A DNA stretch of 64,000 bases, from contig JBHGNT010000007.1 in the NCBI GenBank assembly GCA_043228905.1, positions 6,634,001-6,698,000 on the forward strand. Reading direction: 5' to 3'. Source of the DNA: Azolla caroliniana. Lineage: Eukaryota; Plantae; Polypodiophyta. The notes under the pieces were generated by a model. That model was not told the origin of the DNA, made no database searches, and saw nothing but the letters and a program-made list of their open reading frames with translations. Shown in pieces: positions 10,001 through 21,761 of the stretch (position 1 is its first letter; every line of letters begins with the position of its first letter). A program made the position numbers and the translations under genes.

Positions 10001-12784
10001 GAGCCGGCGAGTAGTGGAGACTCGGCCGTGCATTCCCCGCGTAGGAAGTCGAGGAGACGGCTTACGCGCGAAGAGAAAGGGAAGCAGAAGGTGTCGGATT
10101 CCGGCACAGATAGGAACGAGTCAGATCGACGCAAGTCCGACTTCAAGGGAAGCGGCGACGGGCCTTCAGGAACGAAGTCTGCGTCGGCCGAGAAGACCTC
10201 GACATCAGCAAATGACTGATTACGCCGATCTACCCGCCAAAAGAACTTCGTTGTGCGGTTTGGATACAACGAGTACATGGCGCATCACTATGCATACATG
10301 ACCCGTGTAGCAGAAGTGTGTGAGTCGGGGAGCTACGCAGAAGCGGCGAAGGACGCGAATTGGCGCGTTGCGATGGAGGAAGAGATGCACGCTTTGGCGG
10401 AAAACGAGACTTGGGATCTGGTTGATGCACCGAAGGGTGTGAAGCCGATCGGATGTAGGTGGGTGTACAAGGTCAAGTACAACACCGACGGCTCGGTCAA
10501 CCGATACAAGGCCCGGTTAGTGGCAAAAGGCTATGCGCAGAAACACGGCATCGACTACGATGAGATGTTTGCGCCGGTCGCAAAGATGACGACCGTCTGT
10601 GTTTTGCTCGCAGTAGCCGCGGCCAAGGGGTGGCACCTACATCAGATGGATGTAAAGAATGCATTCCTGCAAGGTGAGCTTGAGGACCAAGTGTACATGG
10701 TACAACCCCCCGGATTTCAGTTCGAACCGAACACGTCGGCAGTATGCCGATTGAAGAAGTCCCTTTACGGACTGAAGCAAGCCCCGCGTGCCTGGAATGC
10801 AAAAATCACGCATCGGCTGCGTCCGATGGGCTTTGCGACGTCAAAATCGGACTCCTCATTGTTCATTCGGAAAGGTCGACTCGGGCCGGTCAGTATTTTA
10901 CTCTATGTTGATGACTTGGTCATCACCGGCACCGACCTAGGTGAGATCAACCGCGTGAAGCTCCAGCTTGCGGCATCATTCGACATGAAGGATCTGGGGG
11001 ACCTTCATTACTTCCTCGGGATCGAAGTGATCCGCACCCTTGAAGGCATACTAATCAACCAACGTCATTACGCGTTGAATATGCTCTTCAAATTCGGGAT
11101 GGCAGACTGTAAGTTCGTCTCGACTCCTCTGGACAGAACTCTCAAGCTTCGCCCCAATTCCGGCAAGGTTTGCGATCCGACAAGGTTCTGACAAGTTGTT
11201 GGAAGCCTTATCTACTTGACCATCACCCGACCCGATCTCAGTTATCCGGTCGGGGTGATCAGTCAGTTCATGGCGCGACCTACCGAGGAGCACCTTCAGT
11301 GTGCACAACGCGTACTGCGGTACGTAAGCGGCACTAAGGACCGCGGACTGTTATATCGGACCGATACAGCCCCGCAGTTGGTCAGCTACACTGATGCCGA
11401 TTGGGCCGGCAATGTCGCCGATCGTCGATCCACGTCCGGACATGCATTGTCTCTTGGGAGTGCCGCGATAGCGTGGAGTAGCAAGAAGCAGCCGACAGTT
11501 GCACTGTCGAGCACCGAAGCCGAGTATAGAGGAGCAGTTGTCGCAACATGCGAAGCCATATGGTTGAAGCGGCTACTTAAGGATCTGCAGGTGGAGGTGT
11601 CTGATCCAACGACGATCTACTGCGACAACCTCAGCAACATCCAACTCGCGAAGAACCCCGTCTTCCATGCACGGACCAAGCACATTGAGGTGCACTACCA
11701 TTTTGTTCGTGAGCGTGTCCTTTCTGGTGAAGTCGAACTTCACTATGTTCCGACAGATCGGCAAACCGCCGACATCTTCACCAAGCGTCTTGGTCTGGAC
11801 AAGTTGCGGCAATTTTTGGGTGCGCTTGGGTTGCGTCACTTCCACGTGCCGAACTTGAGGGAGAGAAACGTCCTAGATGACCACGAAAGGGAGTAGGAAA
11901 GGAGCGGAGAAGACCTCAGATCGGCTGAAGAAGCCGAGAGCGGATCCGCGGAAGAGTCCGAAAGTGGACACAAGGGGAGTAGCCGAAAGAAAGAGCCAAA
12001 GCCAACCAGGTATGGGGGAGATGACGACGTCAATGGCGAGAAGACCGGAGACGAGTTGGAGACAGCCAACTCGGATTAGAGCTCGGATGAGAGCGAAAAC
12101 CGATCGGAGGTAGCCGAGTTGGTTCGGATGTTTGATTCAGATACACTGAATCAACTGAGGGCCAAGCGGAAAAGAAGGCAGCAGGAGAAGCGCCAACACC
12201 GCGACAACAAGGGACCTGTGAAGGGCCGTGGGAGTAGACAAGCCGACCAGAAGGGTCGAAGCTCGCGGAGTCGAACAGGCCGAGGAGCGCGAGCAAGGCG
12301 TGGAGCTAGGAGAAGCCGGAGCGTAGATCCGACAGAGCAAGCAGAACCTAAAGTTGAGCTTGAGGGGGAGTGTTGAGAGACAAACTCAACATTTGTGCGT
12401 AATACGATGCGTAACCAGTGCGTAGACTGGGTGCATAAAACCGGTACGCATACCGGTGCGTAGAAAGGCCGTATCAGTGTGTAGACCAAAAGGCCGTTAG
12501 AAAGATATTCCTCGTAAGGAATAGTTTTGGGAGTAAGTGTCGAGGCTCATTTATGAGCAGTCAAGTATTGTCAGTACTTGTGTCAGCCCACTGTCAGGGC
12601 TTGTATAAAAGTGCTCACTGAGCACATCCTATGTACAGATTGAGTATTATTTTTCAAACATAAGTTCTTGTATTACTCTCTCTCTGTCTCTCTTGTGCGT
12701 ACTGTGAAAACCTAAGCTTTCCATTAAACCTGCGTTTTCTGTTGTTCGGTTTTCCTATATTGCTTCCGCACGCCATTCTTTTCA
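7080..12784 (+). mobile_element. Copia-2: full-length, decayed Ty1/Copia element, TSD AGGAA
   Basis: 414-bp LTRs 7080-7493 and 12371-12784 (about 16 differences by eye). PBS 7494-7505, PPT 12361-12370, TSD 7075-7079 / 12785-12789. Confidence 0.97.
7576..11896 (+). pseudogene. Copia-2 gag-pol with frameshifts and stops
   Basis: Pieces 7576-8283 (gag), 8519-9817 (PR/INT), 10253-11191 (RT, LYVDD), 11216-11896 (RNase H). Confidence 0.92.
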
Positions 12785-12789
12785 AGGAA

Positions 12790-14841
12790 GCAAGGGCGGT
12801 CAAGGTGCAAACAAAGTACAAGACCATGGACAAGAAGGTGAAGCCTGTGGCTGCCCCATTGCCTAACGATTGTTGGGATCGGATAAAGGGGGTAGTGGCT
12901 GATCCTAGCTTGCGGGACCCACGAGGCATAGGGCACCGGTTCACCGACGAGACGCGACAGAAGCTCCGGATTGGTGGGGATGGCTTCCTATCCCCTAGGG
13001 AGGAGGAAAGATTTAGAAGGATGATCAAAAGCCACGGAAGGGCTTTCGCCTTCTCATCGGGTGAGATAGGGTGTGTAAACCCTAAGATCGTGGAGCCAAT
13101 GGTGATCTTTACGGTGCCGCATGTAGCGTGGAACATCAAGCCAATCCCCGTTCTGAGAGCTCACATCCTGAAGTTGATTGAGCTACTCAAGGAAAAGATC
13201 GAGATGGGTATCCTCGAGCCATCAAGCGCCCCATACTCGAATCGGTGGTTCACTGTGCCAAAGAAGAACGGCACATTACGCTTCATCCAGGACCTACAAC
13301 CTGTTAATCAAGTGACAATTCGAAATGCCGGGGTCGGATCGAGCGTTGACGAATTCGCCGAGGCCTTCACTGGAAGGTCTATTTATTCGATCGGTGATCT
13401 ATACTCGGGGTATGATCAATTCCAACTAGTTGTGGAGAGTAGGGACATCACAATGATGTGGACCCCTATCGGCCTAGTGTGAATGTGTACCTTGCCACAA
13501 GGAGGCACTAAGTCTGTAGCCCACATGGTAAATGCAATGAACAAGGTATTGAGAGATTGCATCCCCGATATCACCATGTCGTTCCTCGATGACATCCCCA
13601 TAAAAGGGTACTCTGAAGCGGAGAAAGATGAAACCTTGGACGAGGATGGGTGCAGACATTTTGTGGCATATCACATCTCCGATTGCGAGAAGGTTCTACA
13701 AAGACTCGAACATGCACGCTTGACCTTCTCGGGTGAGAAATCGGCATTCTGCCAACCGGAGATCCTTGTGGTGGGACACTTGTGTGGGGCGTACGGACGG
13801 AAGCCATCCCCGACAAAGGTGGACATCATCACAAACATGAGGGAAGAATGTAAATCGCAAACAGAGGTGAGGCGATTTCTTGGTGCCTGTGCATTCTACC
13901 ACATCTGGATACCGCACTATGCTCACCTAGTCGAGCCCTTGTATGGGCTACTCAAGAAGGGGCGGAAGTTCAAGTGGGAGGAAGAGCACACAGAGGCAAT
14001 GAAGAGGCTCAAAGGAATGTTGGTAGCAGCACCAACTTTACAAAAAGCCATATACAAGGAAGGGGTGCCCATCTACGTGACAATAGATACGAGTCCAACA
14101 GGGATTGGATGGGTCATAAACCAAGGAGAGGATGGTACACGCTACGCCATCCAGTTTGGAGCCAAGGTCTTAAGCGAGCGACAACGAGGATACACCCAAG
14201 TAAAACGGGAGCTTTGGGGTATTGTATCCAGAGTAAAGGCAGATAAAGATTACCTAATCGGGTCAGAGGTGGTAATAGAGACGGATTGCCTTCCAATCCT
14301 AGGGATGGTTTCGGGATGTGCAACACCTAACCTAGCTATGCTAAGGTGGATTGCTTACATCAAATCAATGAACCCGGAGATTCACCACATTTCAGGGATG
14401 AACAATGCCATGGCAGATGTGCTATCGAGGGCAAGATTCGAGGACGAAAGCGACATGGTGTCTGAAGATGAGGATGTCGCTCTTGACTTCTTTAAGACGG
14501 CCCAAGCGTCTATAGATGATCGAGATGTGCGAGTACTCCATGCGTTCAACGAAAGTGAATACAAAGGGGAGTGGCTACACATTGGCAAGTTCTTAAGCTC
14601 AATGACAGTGGATAGTTCATGGTCGAAGAAGGAAGCACAGAGAGTCTGAAAGAAAGCGTACAAGTACTTCCTACGAGGGGGATTCCTCTGGAGGCCCCCG
14701 AAGACAAGGACGGGGACGCCACAACGAGTGGTCATAAAGGAAGAAGACCAGAAAACATTGGTATCTGAGTTCCACGAGAGTCCTTGGGCGGGCCATAGAG
14801 GAACGTGGGCAACATTTGAGAAGTTAAAGGAGAAGTATTGG
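12790..14841 (+). pseudogene. Gypsy A RT, RNase H and integrase zinc-binding region
   Basis: Motifs PKKNGTLRFIQDLQ, DLYSGYDQ, FLDD, IDTSPTG, HESPWAGH. Stops at 13480 and 14647. Confidence 0.9.
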
Positions 14842-15350
14842 TGTCATGATATGGCAAGACTCGAACCCATGACCTTAGGTTATATGGGTCGAGCTCTTAA
14901 CCATTATATCATCTATTGTAATACGTAGGATATTATTTTCATTTACATTTTATTATAGGAAATTAATGTATATTCCAGATTTCTCTGGAACATTCTAGAA
15001 GCTTCAGGATTACTCCTGAAAACACTATAAAAGAGGGCACTAGGCATTATGTCGAACCAAATTGGTTCAACGCTAGTCTTAAGCCTTTTAGCCACCATTG
15101 TATATTCTCTTCACATAATACATATCTTTCTTATCATCACTCTCTCCCTCTCTCGATCTCTCTCTTTCTCTCCGTCTCGCTCACTTCTTCCTTCTCTCGA
15201 AGAAGTTCTACACCTCTCATAGTACTAATCCTTCGTTTAGTAATAATTCCTTCTCTGTCTTAGTACTGTTCCTGACAGTTTGAACCAATTTTCCTACCGT
15301 CTGTCTCTCTCATTTCCTACTAATCTCTTATTCCTCTTTTCTTTCATCCC

Positions 15351-16497
15351 ATGGCCATTGTTAGCGTTGAAGAATATCGATCTTTTTTCTCGGAATTGCA
15401 ATGCTTGAAAGAGAAGTTCCATGCTTTGGAACAAGAAAACCAACGGTTGTTGGGGGATCTTCAGCAAATCTCCTTAGAAAAGCAGCAAACGCAACAACAA
15501 CATGGGGAACTTGCATTACGCGTGCAACAACTCGAAGCAACCATCGTAGCGATGCAACAACAAGGGCCCGGAACACAAGGGATTCATAAAGAACCCACGA
15601 TTGGCCTTCCCACGAAGTTCGATGGAACACGATCGCAGTTTAGAGGGTTCCTTAACCATGTATGATTAGTTATTCAAATGCATCCTTCCCGATATCCCAC
15701 CGATGCATCACGAGTGGGTTTATTAGGCACTTTGTTAAGTGGCTCAGTGTTGGCATGGTTCGCTCCACTATTAGAAAAGGAACGTTACTCAACAATTTTG
15801 AAGAGTTTCTAGGTGAGTTTAAAGCATGTTTCAGAGATACTGACAACATCAAGACCGCAATCAACAAAATTCGGCGATTACGCCAAGGTGACCGTCCAGC
15901 CTCCGCATACGCTGCAGATTTTCGCCTACTCACCGCCGATATCCCTTGGGATGATCAAGCGTTGATGGAGCAATTCCGTTATGGTTTACGCAATGACGTC
16001 AAGATTTACTCTTGACCTTCCCCGAAGAGCCAAAGTCCTTAACAGAAGCAATCAGTCGCGCGGTGAGATGTGACAACCGCCTCTTCGAGTGACGTTCGGA
16101 ACGACAGCTACAGATATCGAGGGCAAGATCAGAGCCCACCTACGCCTCAGTGGTAGCAAGACCTTTTCCGAGGGAGTCATATAATGCGCCTCCAACGAAT
16201 AATCCGACTCCGATGGAGATTGACACTACACATCGTCGAGGGCCATTATCCGAAGAAGAAAAGTAGCGACGTCGTACAAATCGACTATGTCTTTACTGCA
16301 GTGGACCAGGACATATTGCAATAAATTGCCCCCATTGGCTAAGAAGACAGGTAAACCAAATAGTCACTAGTTCTAATTGTACTAAACCCGAGTCTATTTC
16401 AGTAGGGATATCTGATAGTCCTAATAGTACTAATAGCCCAGATCTAGCGAACAAATTTGATGTCCTTAGTCAGTTAGAAGAAGAGTTAAACGACTAA
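15351..16497 (+). pseudogene. Chromovirus B gag (coiled-coil N-terminus, retrotransposon gag, CCHC)
   Basis: PTKFDGTRSQFRGFL, LRQG, PTPMEID and LCLYCSGPGHIAINCP motifs, with frameshifts and stops. Confidence 0.88.
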
Positions 16498-16540
16498 GTC
16501 CAGCCAAAATAGGAGCCGTTTGGTTGGACAGCCCTAGATC
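16485..16540 (+). promoter_or_regulatory. Putative gag/pol -1 frameshift signal of chromovirus B (G UUA AAC plus stem/pseudoknot)
   Basis: Heptamer 16485-16491 in the gag frame, 6-nt spacer, 11-bp stem 16498-16508 / 16519-16529. The -1 frame is open into the protease ORF (16524). Confidence 0.75.
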
Positions 16541-19500
16541 TGTGCAGCCCATCAGTGGTTCCATTCCCTCTAAGCAAGTTAGTGATGTGTTTGTAGCCCA
16601 AGTAATAGTTAGTACTAAAAGTACCCCTCAAGTACATGTCCTAGAACTTCTAGATTCCGGAGCTAACTCTTGCTTTATGGATAAGAAATTTTCTCAAGCT
16701 CATAAGATATCCCTAAGAAAACTCCAGTGTCCAGCCTCTATAGTAGTCATTGATGGACGTCCCATTGCTTCCGGAAATATCATAGAAGAGTCAGAGCCCA
16801 TTAATATTGTCCTAGATAACTTAGCATGTGTAGTATCATTTAATATTATTAGTATCCCAGAACATCCCATAGTTTTAGGATTACCGTGGTTCGAGTACAT
16901 AACCTAGACATAGATTGGAGAACAAGAGAAATCCGGTGTCGACAAACCCAAGGGTCAACTCAAAAGATGGCAACCATTTCGCTACGTCAGTTGCGTAAAG
17001 AAGGGTGCAAGGAGGAAATGTTCCTCTTTGCAATATCAGTAAACCCCTCCATCACCACTAAAGAAGAATCCACCGTTCAACTTCCCGAGAAGTATCGTCA
17101 TTACGCCGATGTGTTCGATAAAGTACAAGCCAACACACTTCCTCATCATCGACCATACGATTGCCCCATCGACTTACAACCAGGAAAAGAGCCGCCATGG
17201 GGACCGATCTACAATTTGTCACCAACCGAACTGGAAGTCCTTCGGGCCTATATAGAGGAGAATTTGGAAAATGGTTTCATTCGGCATTCGAAATCTCTAG
17301 CCGGCGCACCCATTTTCTTCGTCAAGAAAAAGGATGGATTGCTTTGTCTCGTTGTAGATTATTGTGGCTTGAATAAGGTTACAATCAGGAATATGTATGC
17401 TCTTCCCCTTATCTCAAGTCTTTTAGAATGGATCAATGGTGCCAGGTTCTTCACGAAGATCGACTTACGGGGAGCATATAACCTCGTACGAATCCGACCA
17501 GGAGACGAATGGAAGACCGCGTTTCGCACCAGATATGGGCACTTCGAGTATACGGTCATGCCGTTCGGCCTCACTAATGCGCCAACAGTCTTCCAGCACT
17601 TGGCTAATGATATATTCCGAGATCTATTGGATGATTGTTTGATCATCTATTTGGATGATCTACTGGTTTATTCAAAGACCCAAGAAGAACATGATTCTCA
17701 TGTACTATTAGTACTAAAACGACTTCGAGAACATGGTATGTATGCAAAGCTGGAAAAATGTAGTTTCGGGTGCAACCAAGTGGAATTTCTCGATTACATC
17801 ATTTCGTCAGAAGGCATCTCCATGGACCCAGCTAAGGTCAAAACAGTGGTAGAATGGCAGACTCCGTGTTCGGTGCGGGATGTGCAATGCTTCCTAGGCT
17901 TTGCCAATTTTTACCGGAAGTTCATACAAGATTACTCAAAGATCGTTCTACCTCTCACACAACTTACCAAGAAGGGACAATCGTTCATCTGGTCTGAAGA
18001 AACGGACATGGCTTTCGAGAGTCTTAAAAAGGCATTTACATCGGCTCCAATTCTAGCTCATGTCATTCCGGAAAAACCATTCATTATCGAAGCTGACGCA
18101 TCGGATTTTGCATTGGGGAGCATTCTGTCACAACAGGGGAATGAAGAGAAGCTACATCCTGTGGCTTTTCACTCACGCAAGTTTGACGCCGCCGAAATCA
18201 ACTGCGAAATTCATGATAAGGAGCTATTGGCAATAGTGGATTCTTTTATGCAATGGAGGCATTTTCTGGAGGGATCCTCTCATCCAGTCACCGTATTTAG
18301 GGACCACAAGAACCTTGCCTACTTTCAGGATGCTCGTGTGTTGAATCGACGTCAAGCTCGGTGGGCCCACTTCCTCGCGCATTTCGATTTCAAAATTACA
18401 TATCGTCTGGGGAAGCACCAAGGGAAGGCAGATGCATTATCACGGCGTTCGTATCTAGCACCCCGTCCCGGCGAGCCAGCTTTCGATAACAAAAAACAAG
18501 TCACCTTGGGACCGGCACGACTACAAGCAACACAGATCTTTGACATGCCCATGGATTCCCGCGTTATCGATACCATACGTGAAGACTTGAAGATAGATGC
18601 ATTTGCCCAAGCTATACTAGCACAAATTGATCCCTCTTGAGCGTCGTGTTCACTGTCGCAACCACCAGGTACGGACTATCGGCAATTCAAATACCATGAT
18701 GGATTACTCTTCTTTAAAGAACTTTTGTATGTTCCTAATGGTTCTTGCCGCCTTCGAGTAGTACAAAACTGTCATGACACATATACATCTGGGAATTTTG
18801 GTAGTACTAAAACATTAGATTTAGTACAACGATCATTCTGGTGGCCCTGTATGCGACAATTTGTCGAGGATTTTGTTCGGACTTGTGATACATGTTGCAG
18901 AGCGAAAATACCAAGGCATCATCCATATCGTTTATTAGAACCATTACCAATTCCAAGCAAGCCATGGCAATCCATTGCTCTAGACTTCATCACAGATCTT
19001 CCAGTCTCTAAGGGGTTCAATGCGATTCTAACGATGGTCGATCGATATACGAAGATGGCTCATTTCTTGCCATGTACTAAGGAGATCTCCAGTGAAGACA
19101 CTACCGAATTTGTCATGCGTGAAGTATGTCGGCATCATGGACTTCCCGATAGTATCATCTGCGACCGTGGACCCCAGTTCGTGTCAAAATTCTGGAAGCA
19201 CCTTTTTAACATGCTCAAGGTCACTTGTAACCTCTCCTCCGGCTACCACCCACAAACCGACGGCCAAGCCGAATGAACAAATCAAACGGTGGAGCAGTAT
19301 CTGCGGTGCTTTCTCAGCTATCATCAGGATGACTGGGCAGATATTCTCCACTTTGCCGAATTTGCCTATAACAACTCTATCCACGCATCCATTAAAGTTA
19401 CGCCATTTTATGCTTATACGAGATGTCACCCCCCGGTGGAGTGTACTTGAAACCCCAGAGGTGTCCACAAATCCGTGTGCAGAGGATCGTTTGGAGAGGT

Positions 19501-20180
19501 TACGCAAGATACAAGCGGATTTATCTACTCATCTCCAGCAAGCTCAACAAACACACAAGGTCTACGCGGATCGTCATCGACTTCCATCTAGTTTTAATAT
19601 TGGAGATCGGGTGTGGCTGCTACGACGACACATCAAGACTACTCGCCCATGTGAGAAGTTGGATTATCAGCCCGCGGATCGTCATCGACTTCCATCTAGT
19701 TTTAATATTGGAGATCGGGTGTGGCTGCTACGACGACACATCAAGACTACTCGCCCATGTGAGAAGTTGGATTATCAGCGATTAGGTCCTTTCCATATTA
19801 TCGAAAAGATTAATGATGTCGCTTTTCATCTCGATCTACCTCCTCAACTTCGGATACATCCGGTGTTTCATAGTTCTCTCCTCGAACCCTATCACGAGAG
19901 CACCATCCCATGATGTCTTATACAACCTCCACCCCCGATCGAGCTTGAAGATGGGCTAGAGTACGAGGTTTCCGCCATCCTTGATTCCAAGATTGTTCGC
20001 AACAAGCTCTACTATCTAGTCAATTGGCTAGGCTATAGTCCCAGCGAACGTACTTGGGAACCGATCGAGAATGTGACAAATGCTCGTGCTCTTCTTGAAG
20101 ACTTCCATCGTCAATATCCACACAAACCGGGTCCTCAATCCAAGACGACTCGTGACACTCGTCGTTTTAAAGGGGGGATA
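16524..20180 (+). pseudogene. Chromovirus B pol (PR, RT, RNase H, integrase, GPF, chromodomain)
   Basis: LLDSGA, YLDD, DASD, DRGPQF, GPF and EYEVSAILDSKIVRNKLYYLVNWLGYSPSERTWEP, with several stops and frameshifts. Confidence 0.92.
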
Positions 20181-20622
20181 ATGTCATGATATGGCAAGAC
20201 TCGAACCCATGACCTTAGGTTATATGGGTCAAGCTCTTGACCATTATATCATCTATTGTAATACATAGGATATTATTTTCATTTACATTTTATTATAGGA
20301 AATTAATGTATATTCCAGATTTCTCTGGAACATTCTAGAAGCTTCAGGATTACTCCTGAAAACACTATAAAAGAGGGCACTAGGCATTATGTTGAACCAA
20401 ATTGGTTCAACGCCAGTCTTAAGCCTTTTAGCCACCATTGTATATTCTCTTCACATAATACATATCTTTCTTATCATCACTCTCTCCCTCTCTCGATCTC
20501 TCTCTTTCTCTCTGTCTCGCTCACTTCTTCCTTCTCTCAAAGAAGTTCTACACCTCTCATAGTACTAATCCTTCGTTTAGTAATAATTCCTTCTCTGTCT
20601 TAGTATTGTTCCTGACAATTGG

Positions 20623-21701
20623 TGGCCGGGAATGTACAAGGATGTCGCCCATTTCGTGGGGACGTGTGAAAGCTGCCAGATACACTCCAACATACGCCAT
20701 AGGGACGAGTTGCACCCGACCTACCCACTCACCATACACTTCAAATGGATGGTGGATTTGGTTTTGATGCCAATGGGAGTGTGCCAAGTGAAATATTTGG
20801 TGCTAGCAAGAGAAGACCTAACAAACCAAGTAGAAGGGCAAGCCTTAACAAACAAAACGACGGCGAGGTGTGTAAATTCTTACTCGAGGATGTCATCTGC
20901 CGATACGAATGTGTGGGAAAGATAGCGGCCGACAGAGGAGAGTTGAATGCTCATGAAGCTACAAAGCTCTTTGACCGACTTGGAGTGAAGCTCTCTCTCA
21001 CGACCGCTTATAACCCAGAGGCTAATGGAAAGATAGAACGCGGACACGGCCCTATCGTAAAAGCCATTGTACGAGCTTGTGATGGGCATGTCGGGAATTG
21101 GCCTCGGTTACTACCTTATGCCTTGTGGGCCAATAGAACAACTCATAGCTCAGTTACAAGTTTCATGTCAACTGAACTCATGTACGGACAAAAGCCGATG
21201 ATGCCCATTGAAGACACGATCGCTTCATGGGTAGCGATGACGTGGGAAAACGAGATGAGTCGAGAAGAGCTTCTAGCCACAAGGATAAGGCAACTTGAGA
21301 GAAGACCTGAAGACTTGGAGTTGGCAAAGGAGAGGTTAGAAGTGGCGAGGCTAAGTAACAAAGCTCGATTCGACAAGACACACCGACTACGCCCTCGGAA
21401 GATCGAATAAGGAGACTAGGTGATTGTTTATGATAGTAGTCTCGACAATCAACATAGCTCGATGCGGAAATTCGCAAAGCGATGGTTCGGGTCGTACGTG
21501 GTAACGAGTGCAAACGATAATGCTACCTACCACCTTGCTGAACTCGATGGGACTAAGCTGGCAGTACCAATAGCATGGAAGCAAATCAAAATCTTCAAAA
21601 AGAGACACGACAAGGAGCCAAACCTCGATGACCTTGACGAAGATAAAGGCGAGCAAACAACAAGCCACGGGGCCAATGAGGAGGAGGAAATGAACTATTG
21701 A
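20623..21701 (+). pseudogene. Gypsy A integrase core and C-terminus (no chromodomain)
   Basis: CESCQ, WMVDL, ADRGE, YNPEANGKIER and RWFGSY (GPY/F-like) motifs. Confidence 0.88.
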
Positions 21702-21761
21702 CCACCCTCAGCCCCCCATTCTTGGCACATATCGGAGGATGTGCGGTTTGGTGGGGGTGGA

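Larger units (their letters stand above)
14842..20617 (+). mobile_element. Chromovirus B: full-length Ty3/Gypsy with chromodomain (Tcn1/Tf1-sushi-like), TSD ATTGG
   Basis: 436-bp LTRs 14842-15277 and 20182-20617, TG..CA, PPT AAAGGGGGGATAA 20169-20181, TSD 14837-14841 / 20618-20622. No tRNA PBS. Confidence 0.96.

Noticed and set aside
11877-12376. Arg/Lys-rich ORFs between Copia-2 pol and the 3' LTR as an env-like gene
   Set aside because: Short, no transmembrane segment, and not conserved at the peptide level in Copia-4/5 spacers.
14842-14915. Functional tRNA gene
   Set aside because: The D, anticodon and T stems pair poorly. It is reported only as a tRNA-like promoter module.
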